DNA of 64,000 bases, taken from positions 3,104,001 to 3,168,000 of the forward strand of contig OY730476.1 in assembly GCA_963422735.1 (NCBI GenBank), written 5' to 3'. Origin of the DNA: Candidatus Latescibacterota bacterium (GTDB lineage: Bacteria > Latescibacterota > UBA2968 > UBA8231). Both the position numbers and the translations under genes were made by a program. The first letter of the stretch is position 1; every line of letters starts with the position of its first letter. Below, piece after piece: positions 20,301-29,420 of the stretch. The notes beneath the pieces were generated by a model. It ran no database searches, had not been told where the DNA came from, and saw only the letters and a list, made by a program, of their open reading frames with translations.

Positions 20301-20352
20301 CCATCGCCGACACATTTGCTCTACTGTCGTTGGAAAGCTGATTATAGGGCAT
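17308..20352 (-). CDS. Secreted FG-GAP/VCBS-repeat beta-propeller protein with FlgD/T9SS-like C-terminal domain
   Basis: Many DxDGDGxxE/D repeats and a signal peptide. C-terminus PYPNPFNSQVHIDF...ASGVYVVRL. Confidence 0.8.
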   Translation of the reverse strand: MPYNQLSNDSRANVSAMVLLLLMLAGGAHGQTGEWLQLRGDRQMSGRASGVGQIHDPPQERWRYDIAAWEGYVEVEQHAGDASVALPFAVPVDLGYIGTYGRDWGIGPQIFDLGGVEVAMPLDNVFKVAQILPGEAGLQHFEMGNSFSDGGAEPKQGQLLAYDNGEPRVVWETEFFTNTWDPNVLVVDVDVDGQPDIVVATHYRILVFDGATGETKMQLQYHGYRNYGWFGAANIDDDPYPEFGVMADFSMHAEVIDNDGTELTLRWLRDIQPDPAQSTKVVRPQPQALVDADDDGRFELVYSIYNDQGDGQWHIVGVDALSGETSFDFPQHHLHGMADVDGDGRLELFVSATTGEALPTYAPLAVWSLEAGTASVRWSHERGRFSTVLLNQLPLTVSTGAADGLRTVSTGDVDGDGRRDFFALAPDRGGEVLVALGSDSAGRIGPRWSVSGPAGMVLETAAAANDGASLLYLRGSGLPSQALVLERASGELHQWSRQAFTPAGTPVVADLEGDGRVEVIVQTATREVLCLQAPGEGGGDPRPQWQVPGYGQTNNAPFHWGVIAADVDGDGRREVLAAREAASGNASLVALAADGSIRWQTEFVGFDGSMPIWNFSGLSYWSAGYFRSNEYMDVFASLRRGKLGSEVGFLLDGRSGEIVWKSNGFTLPEDGSGRSLGGHPSAAGDTDGDGLEEIVVMWPDRLHIIDGVTGTAQVVRQAYGYTNGLNPLFESDSFVGYAFPAVVNLFGDSRPELLWGHCSYLNAVLDGDGQRIWQTPYRNNTEVQSLMGVGDSNGDGTVELLASTADGVRLFQAADGAVLLEFDDGVRAHTDVVSGDVDDDGRDEFLFGSGTKLICVEQEEGTLRRAWTLEVEGRSSDVALADVDRDGFLDVVVTTTDGYVKAYFTATLGATMGEGTATAVQAVEGPPQKTDLHPPYPNPFNSQVHIDFSVGRAGKVRLEVFGPTGQRVKTLVEAWWKPGTYRVNWDAGELASGVYVVRLQTGDDVQERKVSLVK

Positions 20353-20539
20353 AGCATTTCTTCCGTATAGTCATGAAGCTGCAATTCCAAGGACCAAAAA
20401 CCATGCAAGTCAATCTGCAACAGCTCCGCCGCGATAGCTGCTTCTTTTTCTGCAGACCGAGTGTGAATCAGATGAAAAAGCCTTGGTTTTTCAATGTCGC
20501 CCGAAAGTGCATCGCTAGCTGAGGAGTCTATAGAAGCAG

Positions 20540-21286
20540 ATGGACCCGCAAATCCTCAAGGGAAAAAACGCCATTGTGACCGGTGCCGCTCGCGGCATAG
20601 GCCGCGCCATTGCCCAGCGCCTCGCCGCCGAGGGTGCCCGGGTGGCCATTCTCGATATCGACGCTGACGGCGCGCAACGGGCTGCTGCTGCAATAGGCAG
20701 TTCGACCATCGGCCTTGCCGTCGATGTGGGCCGGGCCGCTTCCGTTGACCGGGCCTTTGCCCAAGTTGCCGACCAGTTGGGCGCCCTCGACATCTTGGTG
20801 AACAACGCCGGTATTGTCGGCACTGATACGCCGGTCAAAGATCTGGACGAAGACGACTGGGACCGCGTCCTCGACATCAATCTCAAGGGAACCTTTCTGT
20901 GCTCGCGGGCGGCCCTGCGCTACATGCTGCCGCAACAGAGTGGGGTCATCTGCTCGCTGGCCTCTATCTCCGGCAAAGAGGGCAACGCCAATATGGCACC
21001 TTACTCCGTATCCAAGGCTGGCGTCATCTGCTTTACCAAGACTCTGGCCAAAGAAGTTCTGGACTGCGGCATCCGCGTCAATTGCGTGGCTCCGGCCCTG
21101 ATTGACTCGCCGCTGTTGCAGGGCATGGAGCAGGACCGCGTCAATTTTTTGACCGCCAAAATCCCTTTGGGCCGCTTGGGCCGCCCCGAAGAAGTGGCGG
21201 CGACCATTTTATTTTTGGTATCGGACGAGTCAACCTTTACCACGGGCCAGTGCTTTGACGTGAGCGGCGGTCGGGCGACCTATTGA
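20540..21286 (+). CDS. Short-chain dehydrogenase/reductase
   Basis: TGAARGIG, NNAG, YSVSK, RVNCVAP, DVSGGRATY. Confidence 0.92.
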   Translation: MDPQILKGKNAIVTGAARGIGRAIAQRLAAEGARVAILDIDADGAQRAAAAIGSSTIGLAVDVGRAASVDRAFAQVADQLGALDILVNNAGIVGTDTPVKDLDEDDWDRVLDINLKGTFLCSRAALRYMLPQQSGVICSLASISGKEGNANMAPYSVSKAGVICFTKTLAKEVLDCGIRVNCVAPALIDSPLLQGMEQDRVNFLTAKIPLGRLGRPEEVAATILFLVSDESTFTTGQCFDVSGGRATY

Positions 21287-21331
21287 GCAGAGGAAGGGTT
21301 GCCAACGCCGGCTGACTCGAACGATTCTCCC

Positions 21332-22933
21332 CTAATCGGCCAGATACCGGCGGATGGCATTTGCCGTGATCTTGGACACCGCCTCATCCACCAAAATGGA
21401 AGCCGGCCAGCAGATGGAGCCCACTGAAAAGACGGCACCACCGCTGGCGGTCGTGTGCTCGACGATCTCGGCACCGCCTTCGTCCGGGTTGAGCCCCTTG
21501 GCCAACAGCCGCGTATTGGCCGGCGACTGCGGCGATATTTTGTCGGTTTCGTGGCCCGAGGCCCCGCCTGGCACGCGCTGATGCAGGCTTTTTTCGCCGA
21601 ATACATCGCCATTTTTCAGGCCCGTTCCCGCAAAACACCAGTGGGCATCATCTAACACCCGATAAGGTGCGGCAGTCATTATGCCGCTGAAGGAAAAGAC
21701 CACGCCCAATAAATTGGCCTCTGATTCCACCCGCCGGTCAAAGCGGCTCTCGTACACCCGCTCGTCCGCGGCGATTTGGGGTTCGGAATGGCTCCAGTTG
21801 GTATTGTGGTACACGATGCGGTGGTCGTCGAGGAATTCGACTTCGCAGTTGAGTCCGTTCCCGCCTAAGTACAGCAAGCGCCCGCCACGCTCAAAGACCC
21901 AATGCTTGAGCCGGAAGTACATCTCCTTGGACCAGTACTCGGGGTGGGTGCTAATCACCAGCACTTTGTACTGGTCGAGCGGCACTTGGTCAAAGTGGAA
22001 TTGCGTCTCCCCGTACAAGTCGTAATCAATGCCCTGGTGCTCCATCCAGCCGAACAAACGCCATTCGGCCGCGGCCATGTGGCAGCCCTGGCGGCCGGCA
22101 ATAGGATCGGCCAGACCCTCGTTCTCGTCGATGTGGTTGTACGGATCGGGCCGTTCCAGTGACAGTGGCGCGTACGTCGCCGCATTGTACGTGCGGTGCT
22201 CTTTTTCGGTGTAACGCTTTAGTTCGAGGCGTGCGTTGATTGTCGGCGTTGGAGGAAAGCAATCGGCGTGGATGTAGTTGCTGCGGCCGCCAAAGCTATT
22301 GTACGCGTTCCAGTTGATATCCGCGGCCAGCACCGCCACCGGTGCCGTTGGTTGGGTCGGTGCCACGATCCAGGGAAAGGAAAAGAAGTGCCCTTCCTTG
22401 TCGCGGGCGTGCATGTAGTACAGCCCCGAGCGCTGGGGAGCCTCGACGAATTGGCTCAGCGCGTTGCGGTGGTACCCGTACTTATTCCACTGTACGCCAG
22501 TCTGGGTGTAATCGCCGTCGGGCGTGATCTGCATATTGGCCCGCGGCCCGTGCTCGTCAAAAGTGCCGATGCGGCGGATAAACTCCTTTTCGGTGCCGTA
22601 GCGCCACAGTTCCAGTTCGTACTCGACCACTCCATGCACTCGGAATTCGGCCCGTTCCCCGCCGCGTACGCATTTGGGCCACATATAGCCCAGCAACCCG
22701 TCCGACAATAGGCGAAATTGGTATGGCCGGTCTTGCCGCACCTCCATGCGCACGATCTTTGAACCGTGGCCCGGCCCACCGAGGACGACCTCGTACTCCC
22801 CAGGTTCGATATCCGCGTACACTGCGCCCGAAATGGTTGAGCGCGTCGTTGCAACTTGGCCGGCGCGGCGAAACTCGAACAGCATATCGGCCAAGGCGAC
22901 ATAGCGTTCATTGCTGACATATCCGACGAGCAT
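21332..22933 (-). CDS. N,N-dimethylformamidase large-subunit-like protein
   Basis: SGLYY, WNAYNSFGG, HPEYWS, YLGGNG, GASGHETDK, VFSVGSI.W are characteristic of the DmfA2 family. Confidence 0.75.
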   Translation of the reverse strand: MLVGYVSNERYVALADMLFEFRRAGQVATTRSTISGAVYADIEPGEYEVVLGGPGHGSKIVRMEVRQDRPYQFRLLSDGLLGYMWPKCVRGGERAEFRVHGVVEYELELWRYGTEKEFIRRIGTFDEHGPRANMQITPDGDYTQTGVQWNKYGYHRNALSQFVEAPQRSGLYYMHARDKEGHFFSFPWIVAPTQPTAPVAVLAADINWNAYNSFGGRSNYIHADCFPPTPTINARLELKRYTEKEHRTYNAATYAPLSLERPDPYNHIDENEGLADPIAGRQGCHMAAAEWRLFGWMEHQGIDYDLYGETQFHFDQVPLDQYKVLVISTHPEYWSKEMYFRLKHWVFERGGRLLYLGGNGLNCEVEFLDDHRIVYHNTNWSHSEPQIAADERVYESRFDRRVESEANLLGVVFSFSGIMTAAPYRVLDDAHWCFAGTGLKNGDVFGEKSLHQRVPGGASGHETDKISPQSPANTRLLAKGLNPDEGGAEIVEHTTASGGAVFSVGSICWPASILVDEAVSKITANAIRRYLAD

Positions 22934-23016
22934 GTCCGTCCTCCCAATTAGGTGTGAAGCGTTGCGTCAGTTCTCAACTTGTCCCTTTGTCGTGCCACAA
23001 CATGGGTGCTCCTCTC

Positions 23017-23156
23017 CTACGCCAAAAAATCGCCGAATTCGACGCGGGCCTCGGGGTTGGTATCGGCCAAAGCGGCGATTTGAGTTGGCTGTTCGGCGAC
23101 GCCGAGCCAGCCGCGGGTATGCACCCGGGCGATGATGGCGGTGCGGTATGGGCCAT
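23017..23156 (-). pseudogene. Possible N-terminal remnant of a Gfo/Idh/MocA gene
   Basis: After a frameshift reads IIARVHTRGWLGVAEQPTQIAALADTNPEA, similar to the start of ORF 41050-42138 (IAREHGRGW...IVACADSHSEA). Confidence 0.35.
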
Positions 23157-23263
23157 GAAAAACTCCTGTTGGTTTAGACGGATGGTCGCGCTAAGGTGAA
23201 CAATCCCAAGTCTGACGGTATTGGTTGGTGCCTATTTCATTTTTTCACGGCCCACTGTTTGCC

Positions 23264-24028
23264 TCAATCCCAATCGAGTGCCAGACCCGTTGATAGGCGA
23301 AAATCGCTTCCATCCACTCCACTGAGCGGATCGCTATCGCGCCGGAAGATCGCGGACGTAGTCGAGGATAGCGTTTCGGTGATCGACACTTTCAAGACCA
23401 CGTCCCACAAAACGCGATAGTCGTCGAATTGCCGCACCGCGGGCTGCGCGTAGGCCGTTCCCGCTAGCTGGGCTGTTTCACCGAGCTTGATATCCGCCGA
23501 CAAGTAGTTGCTCCAGCGGACGAGAAAGGTCCGAGCCGCGTGGCTGTCTGCCGCTGTGAGCTCATTTTGTTCGTGCTCGAACATCAACGACGAGCCTAGC
23601 CAAAAAGACGACTCGCCAGGGGAGATGAGAGCCCAGCGGATGCCGCCGCCGACAAGGCCGCGAAACTCCAAGCGCCGGGATTGGTCGTAATCAACTTGTC
23701 CGAAGGCTTCTCCATGCAACCGCGAGCCCAAGGCTCGGACATAGCGCAGATGCGCCAGCGCTTCATTGGAAAAGCGCTCCTTGCCCTCCCAGCCGGCATC
23801 GCCTGAGCCGATAAAAATGAACGTGTCCTCGCCGCGGCCGTAATTGAGGGAAAGCTCGGGACCGCATTCGAATAACTCGACATTGCCGGCCCGCAACGTC
23901 AGGTCAATCGCCACGGAACCGAAGAAGCCCGCTTGATCGTCCCGGCGCAGGCTTTCGATATCGACTTGCGCCCACAGGGGATTCGCCAGCCAGACTAGGA
24001 CCGCCAGTAAGAGCCAATAAAGCTTCAT
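23264..24028 (-). CDS. DUF481 family outer-membrane beta-barrel protein
   Basis: Signal peptide, alternating hydrophobic strands, aromatic C-terminus (LALDWD). Confidence 0.7.
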   Translation of the reverse strand: MKLYWLLLAVLVWLANPLWAQVDIESLRRDDQAGFFGSVAIDLTLRAGNVELFECGPELSLNYGRGEDTFIFIGSGDAGWEGKERFSNEALAHLRYVRALGSRLHGEAFGQVDYDQSRRLEFRGLVGGGIRWALISPGESSFWLGSSLMFEHEQNELTAADSHAARTFLVRWSNYLSADIKLGETAQLAGTAYAQPAVRQFDDYRVLWDVVLKVSITETLSSTTSAIFRRDSDPLSGVDGSDFRLSTGLALDWD

Positions 24029-24148
24029 TGTCTTGGGGTATTAAAGCCCTTGGCGTACGCTAAAAGCGTCAGCTCAATAAGACGCGCTGGGGCGGTTGCG
24101 ACCGGTGTGGCAATTCGATCCCGCGATTGCGTGTCATCCGGCGGATCC

Positions 24149-25324
24149 TCACGACAGCCCCCGCTCGGGATCGACCTCTGCTGTGTAGTCGATGCCCGCA
24201 AAGCCAAAGCCGAAAAGCCCCAGAAATTCCGCGCGATAGCTCTCGATATCGGACAGGGTTTCGAGGTTGTCGGTGTTGACTTGCTCCCACAGCGCAGCGA
24301 CTTCTCGCTGCACATCCGCGCGCATTTCGCGGTCGTCGATGCGGATGCGCCCCTCGGCGTCAGTGGAGACATCTGCATAGAGGCTGTCGGCGAAGAGTCG
24401 GTGCATCTGCTCGATGCAGCTTTCGTGGCAGCCTTTTTCTTTCATTACCTTATATAGCAGCGAGATATAGAGCGGCACGACCGGGATGGCGGCGCTCGAT
24501 TGGGTCACCATGGCCTTGTTAGCGGAGATGTGGGCACTCCCGCTTCTGGCTTGCAGATATTCGTCGAGTGCCTTGGCCGTCCTTTCTAGATGATCCTTCG
24601 CTTGGCCGATGGTCCCATCGCGATAGACTGAGTGGGTAATTTCAGGGCCGATATAGGTATAAGCGACCGTGCGAACGCCGTCGGCGAGCACACCCGCTTC
24701 GTCGAGGGCATTGATCCACATCTGCCAGTCTTCTCCGCCCATGACCGCGATGGTGTGGGCGATTTCTTCCTCGCTCGCCGGGTCGATGGCGATGTCGGAA
24801 ACTTCGCCGGTCTGGATGTGGACGGTCTTGCTGGTATAGGAACCGCCGATGGGTTTGAGGACGGAGCTAAAATTTTCGCCGGTGCGCGGATGAGTCCGCC
24901 GGGGCGAGGCTAAGCTGTAAATGACCAAATCGACTTCTTGCAGATCCTCGCGGATGGCGGCGGTTGTCTCGGCCTTGATCTCGTCGGAGAAGGCATCGCC
25001 GTTGATGCTGCGAGCGTAGTGTCCGGCGTTGTGTGCCGCCTCGTGAAAGGCCATGCTATTATACCACCCGGCCGTTGCCGTGCGACGTGCGGCTGCTGGC
25101 CGCTCGAAGAAGACTCCGAGCGTGGCCGCACCCGAGCCAAAGCAGGTGGCGATGCGCGACGCCAGCCCATAGCCGGTCGAGGCCCCGACGACGAGGACTT
25201 TCTTGGGGCCGTGGAAGGGGGGTTGGCGTTTGACCCAGTCGATCTGGTCTTGGACTGCGCGGGCGCAGCCGTCGGGATGGGCCGTAGTGCATATAAAACC
25301 GCGGATTTTGGGTTGGATGATCAT
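24149..25324 (-). CDS. fabV: Trans-2-enoyl-ACP/CoA reductase
   Basis: MIIQPKIRGFICTTAHP, GASTGYGLASRI, YSLASPRR, VMGGEDW, YRDGTIGQAK, FGF. Confidence 0.95.
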   Translation of the reverse strand: MIIQPKIRGFICTTAHPDGCARAVQDQIDWVKRQPPFHGPKKVLVVGASTGYGLASRIATCFGSGAATLGVFFERPAAARRTATAGWYNSMAFHEAAHNAGHYARSINGDAFSDEIKAETTAAIREDLQEVDLVIYSLASPRRTHPRTGENFSSVLKPIGGSYTSKTVHIQTGEVSDIAIDPASEEEIAHTIAVMGGEDWQMWINALDEAGVLADGVRTVAYTYIGPEITHSVYRDGTIGQAKDHLERTAKALDEYLQARSGSAHISANKAMVTQSSAAIPVVPLYISLLYKVMKEKGCHESCIEQMHRLFADSLYADVSTDAEGRIRIDDREMRADVQREVAALWEQVNTDNLETLSDIESYRAEFLGLFGFGFAGIDYTAEVDPERGLS

Positions 25325-25478
25325 GGGATTTCCTTGGGTTAAGCAAGTTAATAATGGCTCGCGCTGCGGTCGGGCGCAAATGATCCGCTCGGCGGTCCTG
25401 TTTCGGCGGAATAGTTATATTTGCAGTTTAAGAAGAGCGCATCGCCGCTGCCAAACGCAGGCGTTGGAAGGATAACTA

Positions 25479-26237
25479 ATGAATATAAGTCGGCTCGGTT
25501 TTTTGCTTGCGTTGCAGGTGCTTTGCGCGTCCCTAAGTGCGGCGCAGGACACTGCGCCTGCCGCGCAAGCTCTACTGGAGCGTTTCGATCGGATGTACAA
25601 GTCCACGGGCACGGCGGCGCGAATTGAGGTTGAAATCGTGCGCCCGAACAAGACGCGGAAGATGCAGATGCGCACTTGGAGCCAAGGCGAAGACAAAGCC
25701 CTGATCGTGGTTGACGCGCCCGTCCGCGATGCGGGCACCGCCACACTGCGAATCGGTCGCAATCTCTGGAACTTTCTGCCCAAAATCTCGCGTACGATCC
25801 GCGTATCTCCGGCGCTGATGCTGGGCGCGTGGATGGGCAGCGACCTGACCAACGACGACTTGGTGCGCGATTCGTCTTACGCCCGCGATTACTCAGTGGT
25901 CGGGAGCGGCCCGAGCGAGGAGCCGTTGGGCTGGCAGGTAGATCTACAGGCCAAGCCCGAGGTGCCGGGTTTATGGGAGCGGGTGGAGGTGGTATTTTTG
26001 CGGGAAGAGGAGGTCCCCATACTCGTGCGCTATTTTGACCGCAAGGGGCGGCTCTCGCGCACCATGCGGCTGGAAGAGATCAAAAAGATAGGGAGCCGGC
26101 TGATACCCACCCGCATTGCGGTCTCGCCCGAGCGCGATGCGGGCCGGCGCACCGTGCTGACCTATTTGCACGTAGAGTTCGATATCGAGCTGGACGAGCG
26201 GCTTTTTAGCTTGGCAGCACTGGAACGCAGGCGTTAG
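25479..26237 (+). CDS. Outer membrane lipoprotein-sorting protein (LolA-like)
   Basis: Signal peptide, GTATL...LWNFLPK, WMGSDLTNDDL. First gene of an ABC operon. Confidence 0.85.
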   Translation: MNISRLGFLLALQVLCASLSAAQDTAPAAQALLERFDRMYKSTGTAARIEVEIVRPNKTRKMQMRTWSQGEDKALIVVDAPVRDAGTATLRIGRNLWNFLPKISRTIRVSPALMLGAWMGSDLTNDDLVRDSSYARDYSVVGSGPSEEPLGWQVDLQAKPEVPGLWERVEVVFLREEEVPILVRYFDRKGRLSRTMRLEEIKKIGSRLIPTRIAVSPERDAGRRTVLTYLHVEFDIELDERLFSLAALERRR

Positions 26238-27476
26238 ATGGCTGAAAACAGCACACTGCACATGGCTTGGCGCGGCTTGGGCCGCAACCGCAAGCGCTCG
26301 GCCTTGGCCGTTGCGGCGATTGGGCTGGGGCAGTTTGCATTCCTAGCCACGGCCGGGATCATGCGAGGCTATGCCGACCACTATTTTGATTCGGTCACCG
26401 GCCCATTGGTGGGCCATGTGCAGATCATAGCTCCGGGCTGGCGCGAGGATCGGGCTGTAGATCAGACGCTAAAGGATGTGGGGAGTATGCTCGATGCCAT
26501 GGGCGAGATGCCGCAAGTTGCGCGGGCCGTGCCGAGGGTGTACGCGCCCGTGCTGGTTGCGCTGGCAGAGGAAGGCTTTGTGGGCATGATCGTCGGGGTG
26601 GACTCGGTGCTCGATGCCGACGCGCGCGGGCTGTTGGGCAGACCGGATCTCGGCGGCCTATTGGGGAACGGCCGGGTGCTGGTGGGCAAGGGCTTGGCGC
26701 GTCAGCACGGCATTGAGGCCGGCGCAGATCTGGCTGTAGTGGGCCAAGACGTGGATGGCTCTATTGCCAGCGCGTTGTACGAGGTGGCGGCGGTTGTCGA
26801 ATCGCCGGTCGATTTGGTCAACAGCACCGGCATTGTCGCCGGCCTGCAAGACGCCCGTACGCTCTTGCGGCTGGGGGACGAAGCGCACGAGATCGTCGTC
26901 CGCTTGCACGAGGCCGAGCAAGTGGACCAGACCACAGCCGAGATCGGGACACAGCCCGCACTTCAGGGGACGGAGATCAAGCCTTGGCAGGAGGTCGTGC
27001 CACAGCTAGCCGGGATCATCAACATGATGGACATGTACTTGCTAGTGGTTTTGGGGATAGTCTGCTTGGCCTCGATCGCCGGTACTGTCAATACCATGCT
27101 AATGTCCACATTTGAGCGCCGCCGAGAGCTGGGGATGCTGTTGGCGCTGGGCGCGAGCGCGGGCCGACTGGTGAGGATGGTAGCGACCGAGGCCGTGCTT
27201 TTGGGCGTTTTGGGCCTGGCGCTGGGTACGGCACTGGGCGCGGGTTTTGCGGGGTTGACGGCCGAGTCGGGGTTTGACCTTGCCGAGTTGGGCGGCGAGG
27301 AGCCGTTTGAAATGGGGTTCCAAGGTGTGCAGGTGGCCTCGCGGGTCTACCCCCAAGTGCGCGGGCGCGATGTGTTGGCCGGCGTGTCGGCGGTGCTGGT
27401 GACGGCCTTGGCCTCCTGCATCTGGCCGATGATGCACATTGCGCGATTGGAGCCAATGGAGGCTATGCGAGCATGA
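26238..27476 (+). CDS. ABC transporter permease, LolC/E-FtsX family
   Basis: AWRGLGRNRKRS, NTMLMSTFERRRELGML, LEPMEAMR. Confidence 0.88.
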   Translation: MAENSTLHMAWRGLGRNRKRSALAVAAIGLGQFAFLATAGIMRGYADHYFDSVTGPLVGHVQIIAPGWREDRAVDQTLKDVGSMLDAMGEMPQVARAVPRVYAPVLVALAEEGFVGMIVGVDSVLDADARGLLGRPDLGGLLGNGRVLVGKGLARQHGIEAGADLAVVGQDVDGSIASALYEVAAVVESPVDLVNSTGIVAGLQDARTLLRLGDEAHEIVVRLHEAEQVDQTTAEIGTQPALQGTEIKPWQEVVPQLAGIINMMDMYLLVVLGIVCLASIAGTVNTMLMSTFERRRELGMLLALGASAGRLVRMVATEAVLLGVLGLALGTALGAGFAGLTAESGFDLAELGGEEPFEMGFQGVQVASRVYPQVRGRDVLAGVSAVLVTALASCIWPMMHIARLEPMEAMRA

Positions 27477-28711
27477 GCGGGCATATAGCGGCCCAATACG
27501 CCTTGCGCTCGCTGGGACGCAGTCGGCGACGGACCGCCCTGTCCATCATGGGTGTGGGTCTAGGGTGCGCGATTGCGGTCTTTGCCACGGCCTTTATGCG
27601 CGGCGGCCAAACCCTGCGGGAGCGCGCCATTTCCGAAAGCGGATATGGTCACCTGCGGATCGCCCCCGAGGGTTGGGGGCAGAGCCGGCGCGACGAGTTG
27701 CGCCTGCAGGACCCGGAGGCCGCGCTTGCGGCGGCGCGCAGGCTCGAAGGCGTGGCCATAGCCGCCGCGCATGTGCGAGTACAGGGACTGTTGGCCTTTG
27801 GTACGCGCGTGGCCGGGGTCCAAATTCTGGGGGTGGATCCTGTTGCTGAGCCGCAGCTCAACAGGCTGGTACGCACCATGGCCGAGGGCCGTTACTTGCA
27901 ACCGGGCGACGAGGGCGCGGTGGTCTTGGGCCGAGCACTGGTCGAGCAATTGGATGTTGAATTGGGAGATGATTTGTTGTTGACTTTGGCGCGCGCTGAC
28001 GGGGAACTAGAATACGCGATGTTGCGGATCGTCGGGATCGTATCCACGGGCAGCCGGACGATGGACGCGGCCATCTGCCACGCGACCCTTGCCGATGTCG
28101 AGCGGATGACGGGCTTAGAGGGCGCGGCAGAGGTGTCCGTAGCGTTCGCCGACCCGCAACGGATAGCTGCACTGTCGGCCGAGTTGGCGCAACGGGTGCA
28201 GGGCGACGAAGTGCTGAGTTGGCGCGACGTCCTGCCGGCAATGGGCGGCGACGCGGCTGCCGACGCAGCTTTTTCCAATATGCTTATTGCGATCGTGGTC
28301 GCGGTGGTGATCTTGGGAGTGACGAGCGCACAGCTAACGGCCATGTTGGAAAGGAGGCGCGAGTTTGCCGTGCTTATGGCGCTGGGCCTGCCGGGCACCA
28401 AGCTCGTGGGTTTGGTGCTTTTCGAGGCCGTGCTGATGGGGGTGCTCGGGGCATGCTCGGGGCTGTTGCTGGTGTCGCCGCTGGTATGGCACACGGCGAC
28501 GGCTGGGGTCGATTTTTCCGGGATGATGGGCGACAGCATGGCGATTACAGGGGTCTTTTTCGACCCGATAATCTACGCGGATATGGGGCTATGGATGGTG
28601 CCCTACGCCTTGTGCGTGGGGCTTTCGGCAACGCTTTTGGCCGCCCTGTATCCGGCGTGGTCGGCCACGCGCCAGGATCCGGCGGCGACATTAAGCCTGC
28701 GGGGAGGGTGA
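27473..28711 (+). CDS. ABC transporter permease, LolC/E-FtsX family
   Basis: RSLGRSRRRT, ERRREFAVL, ALYPAW. Overlaps the previous stop (ATGA). Confidence 0.88.
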   Translation: MSGHIAAQYALRSLGRSRRRTALSIMGVGLGCAIAVFATAFMRGGQTLRERAISESGYGHLRIAPEGWGQSRRDELRLQDPEAALAAARRLEGVAIAAAHVRVQGLLAFGTRVAGVQILGVDPVAEPQLNRLVRTMAEGRYLQPGDEGAVVLGRALVEQLDVELGDDLLLTLARADGELEYAMLRIVGIVSTGSRTMDAAICHATLADVERMTGLEGAAEVSVAFADPQRIAALSAELAQRVQGDEVLSWRDVLPAMGGDAAADAAFSNMLIAIVVAVVILGVTSAQLTAMLERRREFAVLMALGLPGTKLVGLVLFEAVLMGVLGACSGLLLVSPLVWHTATAGVDFSGMMGDSMAITGVFFDPIIYADMGLWMVPYALCVGLSATLLAALYPAWSATRQDPAATLSLRGG

Positions 28712-28712
28712 A

Positions 28713-29414
28713 ATGGCCGACGTGCTGGTAGCCGCCCAAGGCGTGAAAAAGGTGTTTCAGGCCGAGGCCATTGCAGTAGAAGCCCTGCGCGGGGTGGATC
28801 TCGAAATAGGTAGCGGGGGGTTCATGGCAATAGTCGGCCCGAGCGGCAGCGGTAAGACGACCCTGCTCAATCTAATTGGCGCACTCGACGTGCCCACTGG
28901 CGGGCGGATCGCGCTCTTTGGCCGCGACTTGGCCACCCTGAGCCGAGGCGAGCGGGCCGCGATCAGGCTCCGGTCTTTGGGGTTTGTGTTCCAAGCCTAC
29001 AACTTGGTGCCCGTGTTGACGGCGCAGGAGAACGTGGAGTTCGTGCTGGAACTACAGGGCATGGAGAAGAAGAAGCGGAGAGCGCTGGCCGAGGCGACCT
29101 TGGCCGAGTTGGGGCTGGCCGCGCTCGCCCACCGGCGGCCCAGCCAGATGTCGGGCGGCCAGCAGCAGAGAGTGGCCGTAGCACGGGCCGTGGCCTCGCG
29201 TCCGGCCTTGGTGCTGGCCGACGAGCCTACGGCCAACCTCGACAGCGACAACGCGCAGGCCCTTTTGCAGATGATGCGACGGCTCAGGGACGAGAGGGGC
29301 ATGGCATTTGTTTTTTCGACGCACGATCCTTTGGTGGTCTCCTATGCCTCGCGGGTGGTGACCTTGCACGACGGCCAGGTCCTGAGCGACGAGCGCAAGG
29401 CAGCAACGCGCTAG
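28713..29414 (+). CDS. ABC transporter ATP-binding protein, LolD-like
   Basis: GPSGSGKT, SGGQQQRVA, ADEPTANLD, STHD. Confidence 0.93.
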   Translation: MADVLVAAQGVKKVFQAEAIAVEALRGVDLEIGSGGFMAIVGPSGSGKTTLLNLIGALDVPTGGRIALFGRDLATLSRGERAAIRLRSLGFVFQAYNLVPVLTAQENVEFVLELQGMEKKKRRALAEATLAELGLAALAHRRPSQMSGGQQQRVAVARAVASRPALVLADEPTANLDSDNAQALLQMMRRLRDERGMAFVFSTHDPLVVSYASRVVTLHDGQVLSDERKAATR

Positions 29415-29420
29415 CGGGCC

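Noticed and set aside
20403-20480. Short MQVNLQQLRRD ORF resembling a PhyH N-terminus
   Set aside because: Too short to support a call.
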